A stretch of 64,000 bases of DNA from Lingula anatina (lineage: Eukaryota; Animalia; Brachiopoda): positions 17,794,001 through 17,858,000 of the forward strand of contig CM120641.1 in NCBI GenBank assembly GCA_051362555.1, read 5' to 3'. Each line of letters starts with the position of its first letter. The stretch's first letter is position 1. Under the pieces are notes generated by a model. That model was given only the letters and a program-made list of their open reading frames with translations, made no database searches and was not told the origin of the DNA. The translations under genes and the position numbers were made by a program. This document shows, piece by piece, positions 38,570 through 50,671 of this stretch.

Positions 38570-41484
38570 ATGAATTCAAGTGTGAGATCGCATTCAGGTG
38601 CATATGATGTTACTCCAACTGCAGGTTCGGCAACCAGTACACTCTGTCAAATGTTTGAAAGATTATTCAGTCGTGGAAGTCAGCGACACCATCACAGGCA
38701 TAACTCAAATAGGAGGACACTTTCCTCTACATCTAGTGCAGGCGATGATGCATTGGGACCCCATTCTTCAGCAGAGCATGGGGGGTCTGAGACACACCCC
38801 CAGGAGGAGGTGATCCCAGGGGTGGCTCACCAAGTTGAGCAAAATACTGGTCTCTGTGCTCATCACTGTACATGTCTTAACTCTAATTCTTATGGTCCTG
38901 GCAAGGAGGCATTCAGGAGAGGAATTATACTGCTGATCATAGCCATCATCTTATTTGCCACTGGGGCAATTCTTACAGGACTAGGTTGGACTTCATATCT
39001 GTTACTTTTTGATTTATGTTTTCTTTAGTTTTGAATTTGTTTAGATTATATACTGCATTCATGTTTCAAAAGTTGCAATAGCAAGATTGTGTGTACAATT
39101 TAGTCTAGTGTGAGAAAAATAATTTGAGAAGTGATTGATAACTGCACAAAATGTAACATGAAAGGATATACCAAAACAAAGCGGGTTACAGGTGTGCCAC
39201 TTGTTAAATGAAAATTTGAATGCTGACATTTAGACATGTTTAAACAAGTTTAGACATTCCTTGTAATAACAGTCCTGAGTTTAAATTGAGTTATGCTAAC
39301 TGATGATTCTGGCTCTTTATTGTGAAACTTTGTTGTAAATTATTTTTCAGGTTATTGGAATTTGATAGAAGGCACACCCACTATAATAGGACCAATAGCT
39401 ATTGGTTTTTCCATGATAATAATTCTTGTTGCTGCTAGATTTTACTCCCTGGCAAAAAGATTACGTTATGAAGCTCAGCACCATTCTCAAGTAAGTAAAA
39501 GTTAACTTTTAACCCCATTTCCCTTCATTTTTCAGGTCAGTCTATGCTTGGAGCAGGGTTTGTCCAACTGACAGGACCACTGTTTATTGGCATAGCTCTC
39601 TTACTTGTCCTTGTGGCTGCTGGTTATATAACTATTGCAAAGAGATTAAGACAAGAATATACTAATAGACGGCATAGGGTGAGTCTGTAGATCCTTGCTT
39701 ATATTGCTTCCAGGCCAAGCCAAGCTTTTGTAATGTAATGAGAGATGATGAGGGGTAAATTAACCTTGTCCAGGTTGAAAAAAGGGCTTTGTTTATATTC
39801 TCTCTTACTTCTCCTTGTTATTTTACTTTTAAAGACACACTTGACTCTTGTATGATGTGTTTTGCTTCTGTCCATTTTGATTTTGCATGCATGTCTTTTT
39901 TTTAGAATTATGCATCGCTAAATCTAATCAGTGTTTCTTTCCTCAATTGAGGTTTTTGTTTGTGAGATGTCTTTATTATATGTGATGGTCTGTGCCTGGA
40001 TTTTAACTAGTGCTTGAACTTTGTTGCCACAATGCATTCTTACCAATTATGATTTATTTATTGATTTCATTTCATCATTTTTTAAAGTCAAACATATATC
40101 TTTCTTTTTATAAATTGAGGAAATTCTTGATTCCACGTGTATCTTCTTAATCTTGGACAGTTAACTTTTATTGCATACATTTTATAGAGCTTACTAATTT
40201 TTTTCCTAAGTATTTTATTTTGGTTAGAAAATTAGCTTTTAAATGATCAGCAATAAATCTCTTTAGATTTGAATTAATGTATGAATTTAACTGAAACAGA
40301 TACAGGTATGTAACTGATTAAAGTATTACTCTAGAGACATGATTTTTAACCTTATAGTTATAAGGAGTTTTATTCTGTCATTACGTTTGTGAATTGCAGA
40401 TGCAGTTACAACCTGATGAATTTGATGAAGTTGATTATGATGATCCCGACTCCACCACCAGGTAAGGATAAAATAACCATTTTATACTCAACTAAAGGAA
40501 TCTTTTATATTTAAGTGCCCATTCATGAACAGTAACAAGTATTCATTAGACCCTTTTTACATTGTGCGATGATACTGTTTTCCATTTCAAACCATTTTGA
40601 GTAGCTGACAGATTAATAGCTTGTCTGTTATGGAGAGAGTCATCAATATTGCTAGTTTACCAGATAAATTTTGTTCCAACCAAAAATCCCATAGTTTGAT
40701 TACATCGGAAGACAGATTAAAACAGTGCAAAAAAGGAAAAGTGTATCACATGAAGTGAAAAGGCCCTTATCAGAAAGTTGGCTGGTTTGATTAATTAATA
40801 GAGAAATAAAACTGCAATAATAATAAAAGTAAAATTCAAGTTGATCTAATTAATGTAGTTCTGCATCTACATTTCACCATTTTTATCTATAGTGAAGAAA
40901 TATCAGCTCGCATGGTACTCCAAAGCTAAAATTCAAATAGTTGTGTGCCAGTGAAGTCAAAAGATATTATCCAAAAGATAAAACAGACCTTAGAGTCATG
41001 CTTTTAACAATCTGTATAAGTTATAGATATATATTTGTATTGAAATCATATCCCTTAGTTGCTAGATAATTTGAGAAGTTTATCATGATAAATTGGCAAT
41101 TTCAGAGACCCATCCATTCCACCAAGTGCTAATATTCTTCCACCCACATACAGTGATGCTATTCTAGAGGACCATTTTTCAACAGTTACCCCAACCACAG
41201 AACAGGCGGGTAATTCCGCTGACGTGACACAATTGAACAATAATCAAGTGGTGTCCACTGGGAGAAGTGTTGTGTTTGCCCTAGACTCTGAAGGATCTGC
41301 ATCTCAGGATGAGAATTCAAATGTTTCCTCTTACAATGGAGCAGAAGACGAGTCTGTTGTCGACGTGTTGCCAGGAATCAATGAGAACGAAGAAATGCAG
41401 ACGTTACCTCCTACATACACTGAAGTATTGCTAGGAACTCCTGAAGGGGAGAATTTGAATGCTGAATTTAGTCAACAGAGTTAG
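38570..41484 (+). CDS. Two-transmembrane-helix protein with an acidic cytoplasmic tail carrying two PPxY motifs (TMEM51/171/174/PIRT-like architecture)
   Basis: Exons 38570-38984, [39351-39490 or 39536-39678], 40400-40461, 41106-41484; TM1 GIILLIIAIILFATGAILTGLG; tail motifs LPPTYSDAI and LPPTYTEVL. Confidence 0.8.
39351..39490 (+). CDS. Alternative TM2 exon A
   Basis: tttttcag acceptor, gtaagt donor, phase 1 to 0; GYWNLIEGTPTIIGPIAIGFSMIIILVAARFYSLAKRLRYEAQHHSQ. Confidence 0.82.
39536..39678 (+). CDS. Alternative TM2 exon B
   Basis: tttttcag acceptor, gtgagt donor, phase 1 to 0; GQSMLGAGFVQLTGPLFIGIALLLVLVAAGYITIAKRLRQEYTNRRHR. Confidence 0.82.
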
Positions 41485-43893
41485 CTTAGTCATTAGACTT
41501 TTCATTATGATGCACAAATATAACAGCGATTTAAAACTATCCACGTAAATGAATTATAAAGGAAAGTAAGCCCTCTGAAAACGAAAAAATAAATAGATGG
41601 TCATGTCTTAAAGAGGAAACAAAAAATATTCTGCTCTCAAGTACCATTATGTTTTAAGGTGCACATCTAAAAAAATTAAGATTCTAAAGTGAGTGCCATT
41701 GTGTATAAAGTTTAGAATATCTAAGAAGTTTGACTAAAGTATTAGAATAAAGTGGGAGTATTGATGTTTAATTTTTTTAGGCAATGTCAGAAATACATGT
41801 ACATTTTGTAGGTTTTCATGTCACTTAATGTTATGTCATGTTATGTCTTGCTTTTAAATAAGATTGAGAACTGCAATTTGAGTTCAAGGAGTTTAATCTG
41901 GTGCTTTCTTGCTGAGGTCCTGCTATAGCAAATTGTGGCCTTAATTTTCTATGGGGATAGTAATTGTTGCATTTTCATGTACCTCTTGTATATTTGAGAA
42001 AGTAAAATGCAACTCCCGGATGTATTGGATGTTTGTTATATGTCAGGTTATTAATTGAAATTGATATAAATGTTTTACTTAGGAATGAAATATGAAGTTC
42101 TAAGTACCACATGAGTTGATCTTTTTTCAGTATAGATGAGAATGGTAAAAAAAATGTAGATATTTTTAGAATATTTTGAGATTTATATCAATTTAATTCA
42201 TTATTTATTAATCTAAAGAGGTGGTTTGCATTAAGAGAATAGTTTGATGGATTGTCTATATGATAAATTATTTAAATCTATTCAGATGTGTTAGTCTCAT
42301 TCAGCATGGTAATGATTTGACTGCCGTTGGTTAATACTAATTGTATTTATTAGAATTAATCTCTTTTACTGCAGTTTATTATGTCCAGGTCTTCAGTTTA
42401 TTACAAAAATTACAAATAATAAAAATCTAAATGAGTTTGAGTATGAGAAAATTATGACTGGAATGCTTTCTTATTAGGTTTTGGTAACTGAGGTCAATAA
42501 CTTTGATATATTTTGTAAAGTTTTAATGTTACAATTATGCTTTAACTTTTTTTATGATTACATGTTTTTCTACCTTTTGCATGCATTTAGATTTATTAAG
42601 TGAAATGACATATTGCTCTTTTTGTCTTGTTTACTTGATAATGCTTTCATTATACGTACCTCTTGAAGTGTTGTATGAAATAGATGTTCCCAAATATGTT
42701 TTTTTTCCCGGTTGAGTAAGCAGTTACAGTTTGGCAGGGAGGGGGGCAATGTTGTATATTCTGAAACTTTCACTTCTTTTTGCAGATACTACAGTATTTT
42801 TCATAAATGTATTTTACTTAACCTGTTTGCTAATGAGTAACACTATTATTAATTTTGATTAGTAGATATGCCAACTGTCAGAAAGTGATACTTGCTAATA
42901 AAACAATGCAAAATTCAATGCAGAAAATAGTGTTACAGAGAGTACAGTTAGAATGCTATGATAATGACTCTGATCTTTTCAAGGGGGGAAATCATCAGTC
43001 TTTTAGATATATAAATTTGGAATCATTAAAAATAATATTTTTGTATAGCATTTGTGGTGTTTATACTGTATAGAATAATGACTGAAAAATAAAGTATATG
43101 TAAAATTCACTATTTTCCCCATTGAACAGATCGAATCATTACATGTAACTGTATGTAAAGTGAAGGTCAGTGAGACTGACAGGATTTTAAATCCACTTCT
43201 GAACTACTTCCACAAATATTGTTCTCGGTTTCAGAGACCTGATATTGATTCTTAAACTCAAGTTTTGGCATCCAATGGCGATGTGAGACCACAGATATCT
43301 TGTAGGGTCCACAGTTGAGATCATATTCAGTAACCAAAGTTGCTTAAGCACACTTTTCTGTATGTGATACAGGATAATGAATCAGATGAACAACTTTGCA
43401 CCTATGATTACGACCTGGGGGCTTTTGAATAAATAATGTTAATTCAATCAAAGTACAGTAATTGCTTTCACTGTCAAGTGACCAGATATTTTTCATATCT
43501 TATGCATTGAAAGTTAATAATAAATGATGCCTTGACTACTGATGGATTTTTGTTTACCTGTAGTTGTCATTGTTGAAACATATTTCTGAGACAGATTGTA
43601 CATGGTAGTAAAGGTAAGTTCCTCTGATTATTTTAACTTTTTTATACCGCCCAACTTTGAAAGGCTTTGTGAAAAAGTTTTAGTAAGCCATTTGGTATGA
43701 CATTTGGAAGGTATTTCTTGATGCTGCTAAAATTTTCTGATGTATATCATTTTGCGTAGAGCATGATGGAAATTTATGCTGCAGTGCCTTATTTGATAGT
43801 GTCTTTGAGTGATGAAGTTGTAAAACAAAAAAAATATTTTTTTTTATTCAAAATGTAATGTTTTTTACCAAGGCAAATATACCTGCGAGTACA

Positions 43894-46800
43894 ATGGCAT
43901 GTCTGCGGTCAATTTCACCACTGTCAGACACCTCTGATAATTCCATAGTGGAAAATATAGATGATGACAAAGATCTGAGTAACTCAGATTGGTTGGGTAG
44001 GTTCTGCTTATAACTTTTTATTATGCAAAATCTTCCCTTAACTGTTTTGTTCTTCCAAAGTTTCAGACCCAGTGCAGGGGAGCATATAAAGATTTAAGTG
44101 TTCTTGTTAAATGTTTAAAATAATAGACCTTAAATTATCTACTATTTTGGACAATTAAGGAGTTTAAAAAATGTGTGTGAGTGACTAATGGAGAAGTATG
44201 AAAATTGTTTATTCTGCAACAGGGTATCAACAAAAGAAAAGAACTGTGTCCATTTGAGAAAGATGCTGGAAGTTACATAGAATCCAAAATAACCTAAAAA
44301 TTATCTCTAATTTTAAAAAAATGTGTATATTGAACACTGATGTATTGCTATTAAATCATTTTCATGTTTACTTATGAGGAAAAAGAACAAAGTTTCATTG
44401 ACTTTAATTAATCATCTAATTTTTTCAGGATATATACATGATAAAAGTTCCATCAATTTCAATGACCCATATGTGAAAATCTACATTCAGTCTTGTGAAG
44501 AATTGCAAGTAGCAGCCATGACTCCAATACTTAGTATGCTGAGTACAGCAGAGGTGAAAATAAGACACAGGGGAATTCTACCTCTGGGAGCTGCAGCTCT
44601 TGCCAAAGCTCTAAAGGTAGGTATAGTTATCTTCACTGGTACTGAAAATTCACCCCATCATAACTTAGGAGTCTTGGACGTTATTCAGAGATGTTCCTGT
44701 ATTTGAAATTAGGAACAATTCAAATTTTCATTACCTGGAAAATAACTATGATAGGTACTTCAATGTTCTGTCAAAAAGTTACATGAAACAATTTAATATA
44801 GTGCCTTTTATTTATATATCTCTCATTTATTTAGGACAATCCAAATGTAGAGGTTTTAGACCTGGAAGACAACAGCATCAAGGAAGAAGGTGCAAACCAT
44901 ATTGCTGAGATGTTATTAGAAAATGATACTATCACATATCTGGTAAGATTTTAGGTGTGACTTGTGCCGTTATACTTGGTAGAATGTATTTGTTCTTCCT
45001 TGTTCTGCAGTGCTGGTGCATTTGTGAAGTCCCTCTGGGTGTATGGCACAAAGAAATATAAATTGTCACATAGCATTGTCTTGGGCATTACACAGTCATA
45101 TACTTTGCAAATGAAAAATTGCACCATATGACTATAAGCATGTGTGGGAAATTTTATTGCGGAGCTCTCTCTCTCTCTCTTCTTATTATCTTTAAACCGC
45201 TGAGAAAAAAGAGGGAATTATACACATTTAGATTGCCATATGTTTGTATTATTCCAATATTGTTTTCAGAATATAAGTCAGAATTTCATTACTGCCAGTG
45301 GGTTTGCTGCACTAGGTCAGATGCTTGGGATGAATATGACCCTGAGGCACTTGGATCTCTCAGGTAAAAACTTAGAAGATTGGACTGTAATATTATATTT
45401 TTGAAGTTGAAAAATGCAAGTTATTGTCTTCAAGTCAAAATTTTGTTTTTGCAAAAAGTATTTACAACTGATAATGCTTTAATTCATTATTGATACCTTT
45501 TTGCTCTAAACCTGTGCATTTTTATTTTTAGGGAATAAAATGGAAATATTTGATGTCAAGTCTTTATGTGAAGGAATTCAGGTAAATCAGAATGATACGT
45601 ATATAATTATTATGTCTATTTGTCTCCATGTATGCATGTCTATTTTTTTCATTTTGGAGGTGCTGCTTAATGAAAATGTGATACATTTCCTAATGATAGT
45701 CCATTTTAGTAAAAGTTTGATACAATCTTAGTTTGAGATAAATTACAGCATGTTCATCTACTTCAGGAGGGCTCCCTATTGACCTTGTGCATGAATGGTT
45801 GCCAGTTAGTTGAGGAAGCTGCCCAAGTCCTTGGAAAAGCTATTGGTATCAAATTTTATATTCACTCTTGTCTTTTTATTTTTTCCTGAATGGAGGAGAC
45901 ATCGAGCAGTTGTGCCTTTTGTATTATATTTCGTAGCTAAGAAATTGGGTAAAAGATAAATCTTTTTTTTTAATATTAGCATCACTCTTGAAGTTAATTG
46001 TCTGTTTTAATGTGTGGTTTCCAATCTTTATTGTTACAGAACAACACAGAAGACTTCAGCACCTGGAGTTGTCATTTAATTGTATCAGAAAGAAAGGAGC
46101 AGTGGCTATATGCAAGGGAGCTAAGGTGAGATTTGATAAAAGTTGCTGTTTCAGTAAACTGAAAGTAATCAGAAGGGGAATTATCTGAAGTTCCTATTAT
46201 TATTATACTAGAATACAGAAAGCAGTGATTATGACAAGATATCACAGTGCTGTAACTGCATTGATTTGATATTGTTAAATAGACATTATTTGACATGATA
46301 AATCTGTAAATCACACATTAATGATTGTTGGATGTTTCAAAGCAAAGTCGTCATTACTGCGCACCATGATTTTCACCTTACTTATTAATGAAATTAGTAG
46401 AGTTTCCAATCATGAAGTTCGACGTATTTCAGGCTTTAATTTAGATTAACTTTTTTATACCATAATTGCTAGTGTTAGAGAAACATTTGCCCTCATGAAT
46501 TTATGAAATGGTAGAAGCTTTCTGAATTCCAGTTTTGTCATATTACAGGAATGCCACACGCTGAAATACCTCGATGTATCTTGGAATGGGTTTGGATTTG
46601 AAGGCAGTATTGCTGTCTGTGACATGCTAAAGGGAGACGTGCATCTTGAGTTCCTAAATCTTGCTGGGAACAGGATTGATTGGACCTGTGTTCCACCCAT
46701 TGCAAAAGGGATCTGTTTAAACAGCTGTTTAAAAAAACTTCTGGTATCCACTATATATTTTTTTCTTTGTTAACAATAATACAGTCTTGTTCACAATAAG

Positions 46801-49305
46801 TAACGTACTAGTTGACATACATGTATGACATGCACACTATTGAGCTGTTTTCATTGCCTTATAAATTGCATTATATAATTATGAAAATCAACAATTGAAA
46901 TTTAGATTCAACAACTCCATTTTACTTTTCATTCTGGTGATTTGTAAAAAGGTTCAAAATATATATCGTATGCAAAAACATGTAAACCAGTGCTTTATTT
47001 TTTGACGATGTCTAGATTGGACAGAATCCTCTGACCAAGGACGGAGTCATGGGACTGCTCAAGGCTGCAGGAGTTAAAACCAACCGTTTGGAGCATTTGG
47101 GATTAGAGGTATGATATGATGTAAAGGTGTTGACTTTATGTTTGCACACTTGGTATTACATGTACTAATTATTGCCTGTTCCAGTTTATTTTTGGAATAT
47201 ATTACAAGGCACAGCTGTCTTCCAGCCTGCAGACTGAGAAATATCCCAAAACTGTAATCTGGTACATGTAAAACTTTACTTTGACACTCATCTGGTAACA
47301 TTGTGATTTTTATCATTTTAACAATAAAATGTGTCTTAAAGGGATACTTATGATGTATTTCTCTCATTATCCTCTCAGGCTGTTCCAGTAAACACTGATA
47401 TTATTAACAATGTGAAAAGAATACAAAAGACGAGAACTTTCACTTTCACACATGGAGGACTCTTCAATTCTGATGACATGATTAGTGTTAAAAGAAGTGG
47501 GTGCAGGTTTCCCTTATATTTCTATTCATTTTATTAAATGTTTAATCAGATGACTTTATCTCATTTATAGACATTCTTGATAAAGAATTTTCCACTGAGA
47601 AGGGATAGAGGGTTCGATTTACTGTATAGATGTATCAACCCATGTATCTCTTTACTTTCATCCAATTCATAATATTAATCATTGGTCTGAAGCAATTCAC
47701 TAGCATATTTTATATCAGACTAGTAAAAACACCACTTGTTAAATTGCCTGTTAATTTGGAACAGTGGAAATTTTCACAGTTGTTTGATTTTTCCTCAGGC
47801 AAATAAATTTTGATGTGTTTTCCTTTCTTCATTGTTTTATCAAATTTCTATTGGACCATTACAGAGAGCAAAGAAGACCCCCTAAGCATACTGACCAGAT
47901 ACTTGGGAAGGAGAGGCATTCGTGTGATGGATCTGTTTCGCACTTTTAACAAGGACAGTGAACAGCGGATTTCACGGGCCAGTTTTATTCATGGACTAAG
48001 GGTAAATTACAATATTACAGCTTTTTAGAAAAGTCAGTCTTTTTAATATTGTTGAATGGCTGCAACTGCATAATTTTTATTACTAAAGACTCTGTTGTAA
48101 ATTCGAAAAAAAAAATTATTTCTTTAAGACAATCTGTTTGAATAGACATACAGATTTTCATATGCAAAAGTTCATACTTATTGGCAGTATATACAGTACT
48201 ATAATTTTATTGATTTCCTTCACATTCTCATCAGAAAGTTCATGTTCCTCTTGAGGAATGGGAAATGCATCAGTTGGCTGACAAAATGGAGGAAGGACAT
48301 AAAGGACGGATCAACTTCAGGTCAGTCATACATTTGTAATACACCCCAAATTTTGGAGATTAATGGAAACTAGACTATATTAGAAGCAACTCTGGTCTAA
48401 ACATGTTGCTGCTGCTGCTCCCATTCCACCCAAGGGTGAAGGACGATGATGATTATATTATCCAAATGCCTGCTAATAATAGAAGTTAGTTTCTAGTAAT
48501 AGCTGGAACTCTTGCTGGTCAAATATGAAAAGAAGCAAACCACGATTTGTCTATTTGTGGTACAAAAATGTACTGTATGCTGAACATATATAAAAAACAC
48601 TTATTGTTTTATACCTTTTATGATATTTTGTGAATATTAGAATTTTACATAGTAGATGAAGTATAAACAATATAAAATTGGGCCATATTAATAAAAGTTT
48701 TAAAGTTGCAACCTCCTGGCACTTGATTAAAATTGGGTAATTCTCAAAAAAATTTCTAAAAATTTTGTATGCTATTTACTTGATGTAGTACCTATTTTGC
48801 TTGCAGATATCTCAATGTCTGTGTGCGCTTACAAGCTAGAAAAATAAGGCTCGATGAGATGGCAGAATCAGCAAAAAAGAAGCAGAGAACAAAAAGAAAT
48901 AAATCTATCATGGCATTACCCCCAATCACAGAGCCAAATCAACAAGCTGAAAGCATTTCCCTTTTGACCAGTCAAGTAAGTTTAGATTCCATCATGGCTT
49001 GTGATAAATCCTCTCTGGTGGGGTGCAATCCACAAAATGTTCAACAAGATACCAAACATCTGCCTTCTCCCTCTCAGTCAATGTCAATGGCACAGAAAGG
49101 CAAACAAAAAACTGTATATAACCTTGTTGATATGACAAAACCATTAGCAAATAAATCATGTGATACACAGAGAGCTAGCAACAGAAAGAAGCGAAGCAAG
49201 AGATGTAAAATGGCATCAGCTCCAACAGGTAGTTCATTGACCAGAATTACAAGAAGAAATGAATCAACATCATATATGGAGCTTTTGAGTGACTTGAGTA
49301 TATAA
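43894..49305 (+). CDS. Leucine-rich repeat protein 74A/B-like (RI-type LRRs plus a degenerate EF-hand region), about 13 exons
   Basis: Exons 43894-43996, 44429-44616, 44835-44942, 45270-45363, 45532-45581, 45767-45845, 46040-46125, 46549-46743, 47016-47108, 47379-47496, 47865-48001, 48235-48320, 48807-49305; RHRGILPLGAAALAKAL, LDLEDNSIKEEGA, LDVSWNGFGFEG, DPLSIL..YL...GIRVMDLFRTFNKD. Some boundaries are uncertain. Confidence 0.82.
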
Positions 49306-50104
49306 TTATATTTGACTGCCATAATTGAGCTCTGGACTACTTAGAACTCAAATAGTCCACCTGCTGTTTTCTCTTAGACAGAGGTCAGGTGGTTGATGGT
49401 GTAGTTTTTGTGCAAATATCAACGCTGGACAGAACAGAAATGTGCACAGCTAGTGAACAACCTGAGAAATATGGATATCTAGTGGAAGAAAAATTGTCCC
49501 CATGACCCTGATAGAAGGTAACTAATTGGTGGTGCCACATTGCTTAATTGTAATGGAATTTAATATCGTATGGGAACCTTATATGGGTCCATGTATGTAT
49601 TTTGGTTATCTGATGATGTGGATTAGTCAGTTTCCAGACAAGTAAAACTGCTATTGTATATGCTAATCAGATGTGTTTTTCATCATTTATTAAAATGACA
49701 TATACTAAGTGTTAATGACAAAACAGTTATACTATGTTAAGTTCGTTGTAACAGTAGTATATCATAAAGCAAAGGTAATTGTGCTGTTAATGTTACTTTT
49801 TGTAATATCACATCAAAATTTAAAAAAAAATTGTACATTAATTGTCATTGTTTACTGTATATAGTTCGTTTGAAAACCAGCCTGGTTGGATTTCATCTTC
49901 TTGGTGCTTTCCTCCTTTAGTTTCTTTAAATTTGCTTTATACTAAATGCTGTTTGCAGCATAACATAAATGAGTTTTAGGTTTAAAATTTTGTTCTTGTA
50001 AAATAGACAATTCTCATTCTCAATAAATTGTAAGGCTAATAAAATTCATTCTGCATGTCATTGCGTATTTGTTAGATTTGTTCTCAATCCCATTCTACCA
50101 ACAT

Positions 50105-50671
50105 GAAAGGTGGGGCAAGTCCACTCAATTTTAGGATGTGTCAGAAAGGAAAGCTTTACTCCATTTAGCAGGTAACAGGTAGAGTAGAGTCCACTCTACT
50201 TTAAGGGTACAAAAGGGGAGGTTCATTCTATTGAAGGGGTGTCAGGTAGGGGGTACCCACTCCATTTGAGGGAAGACAGGTGGGGCAAGTTCATGCAATG
50301 TGAGGGGTGACAGGTTGGGAGAGACCACTTCATTTGAGGGGTGACAGGTGGGGAGAGTTGATTCCATAAAGGGGTGACAGGTGGGGAAAGTCCACTATAT
50401 TTGAGGGGTGACAGCTGGGGTGAGTCTACTACAGAATAGGGGTGATGATTGGGGTGAGTTTATTTCATCTGAGGGGTGATGGGTGGGGAAAGTCCATTCC
50501 ATTTGAGGGATGACAAGTGGGGAGAGTCCACTCAGCTTTAGGGGTGTCAGGTGCAGTTAATCAATTCTGTTTGACGGGTGACAGGTGGGAAGAGTGCATT
50601 TAGTTTGAGGGGTGCCAGGTGGAGAAAGTGCACCCAGTTTGAGGGATGACAGGTGGGGCGAGTTAATTCCA
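50105..50671 (+). repeat. Degenerate G-rich 34-bp minisatellite, about 16 copies
   Basis: Approximate consensus TTTGAGGGGTGACAGGTGGGGAGAGTCCACTCCA repeated head-to-tail. Confidence 0.9.

Noticed and set aside
46744-46753. Donor gtatcc resembling a U12-type intron
   Set aside because: It reads gtatccacta rather than GTATCCTT, and no U12 branch motif was seen.
50105-50671. Periodic array resembling CRISPR
   Set aside because: Units are head-to-tail and degenerate along their whole length, with no unique spacers and no cas genes; eukaryotic context.
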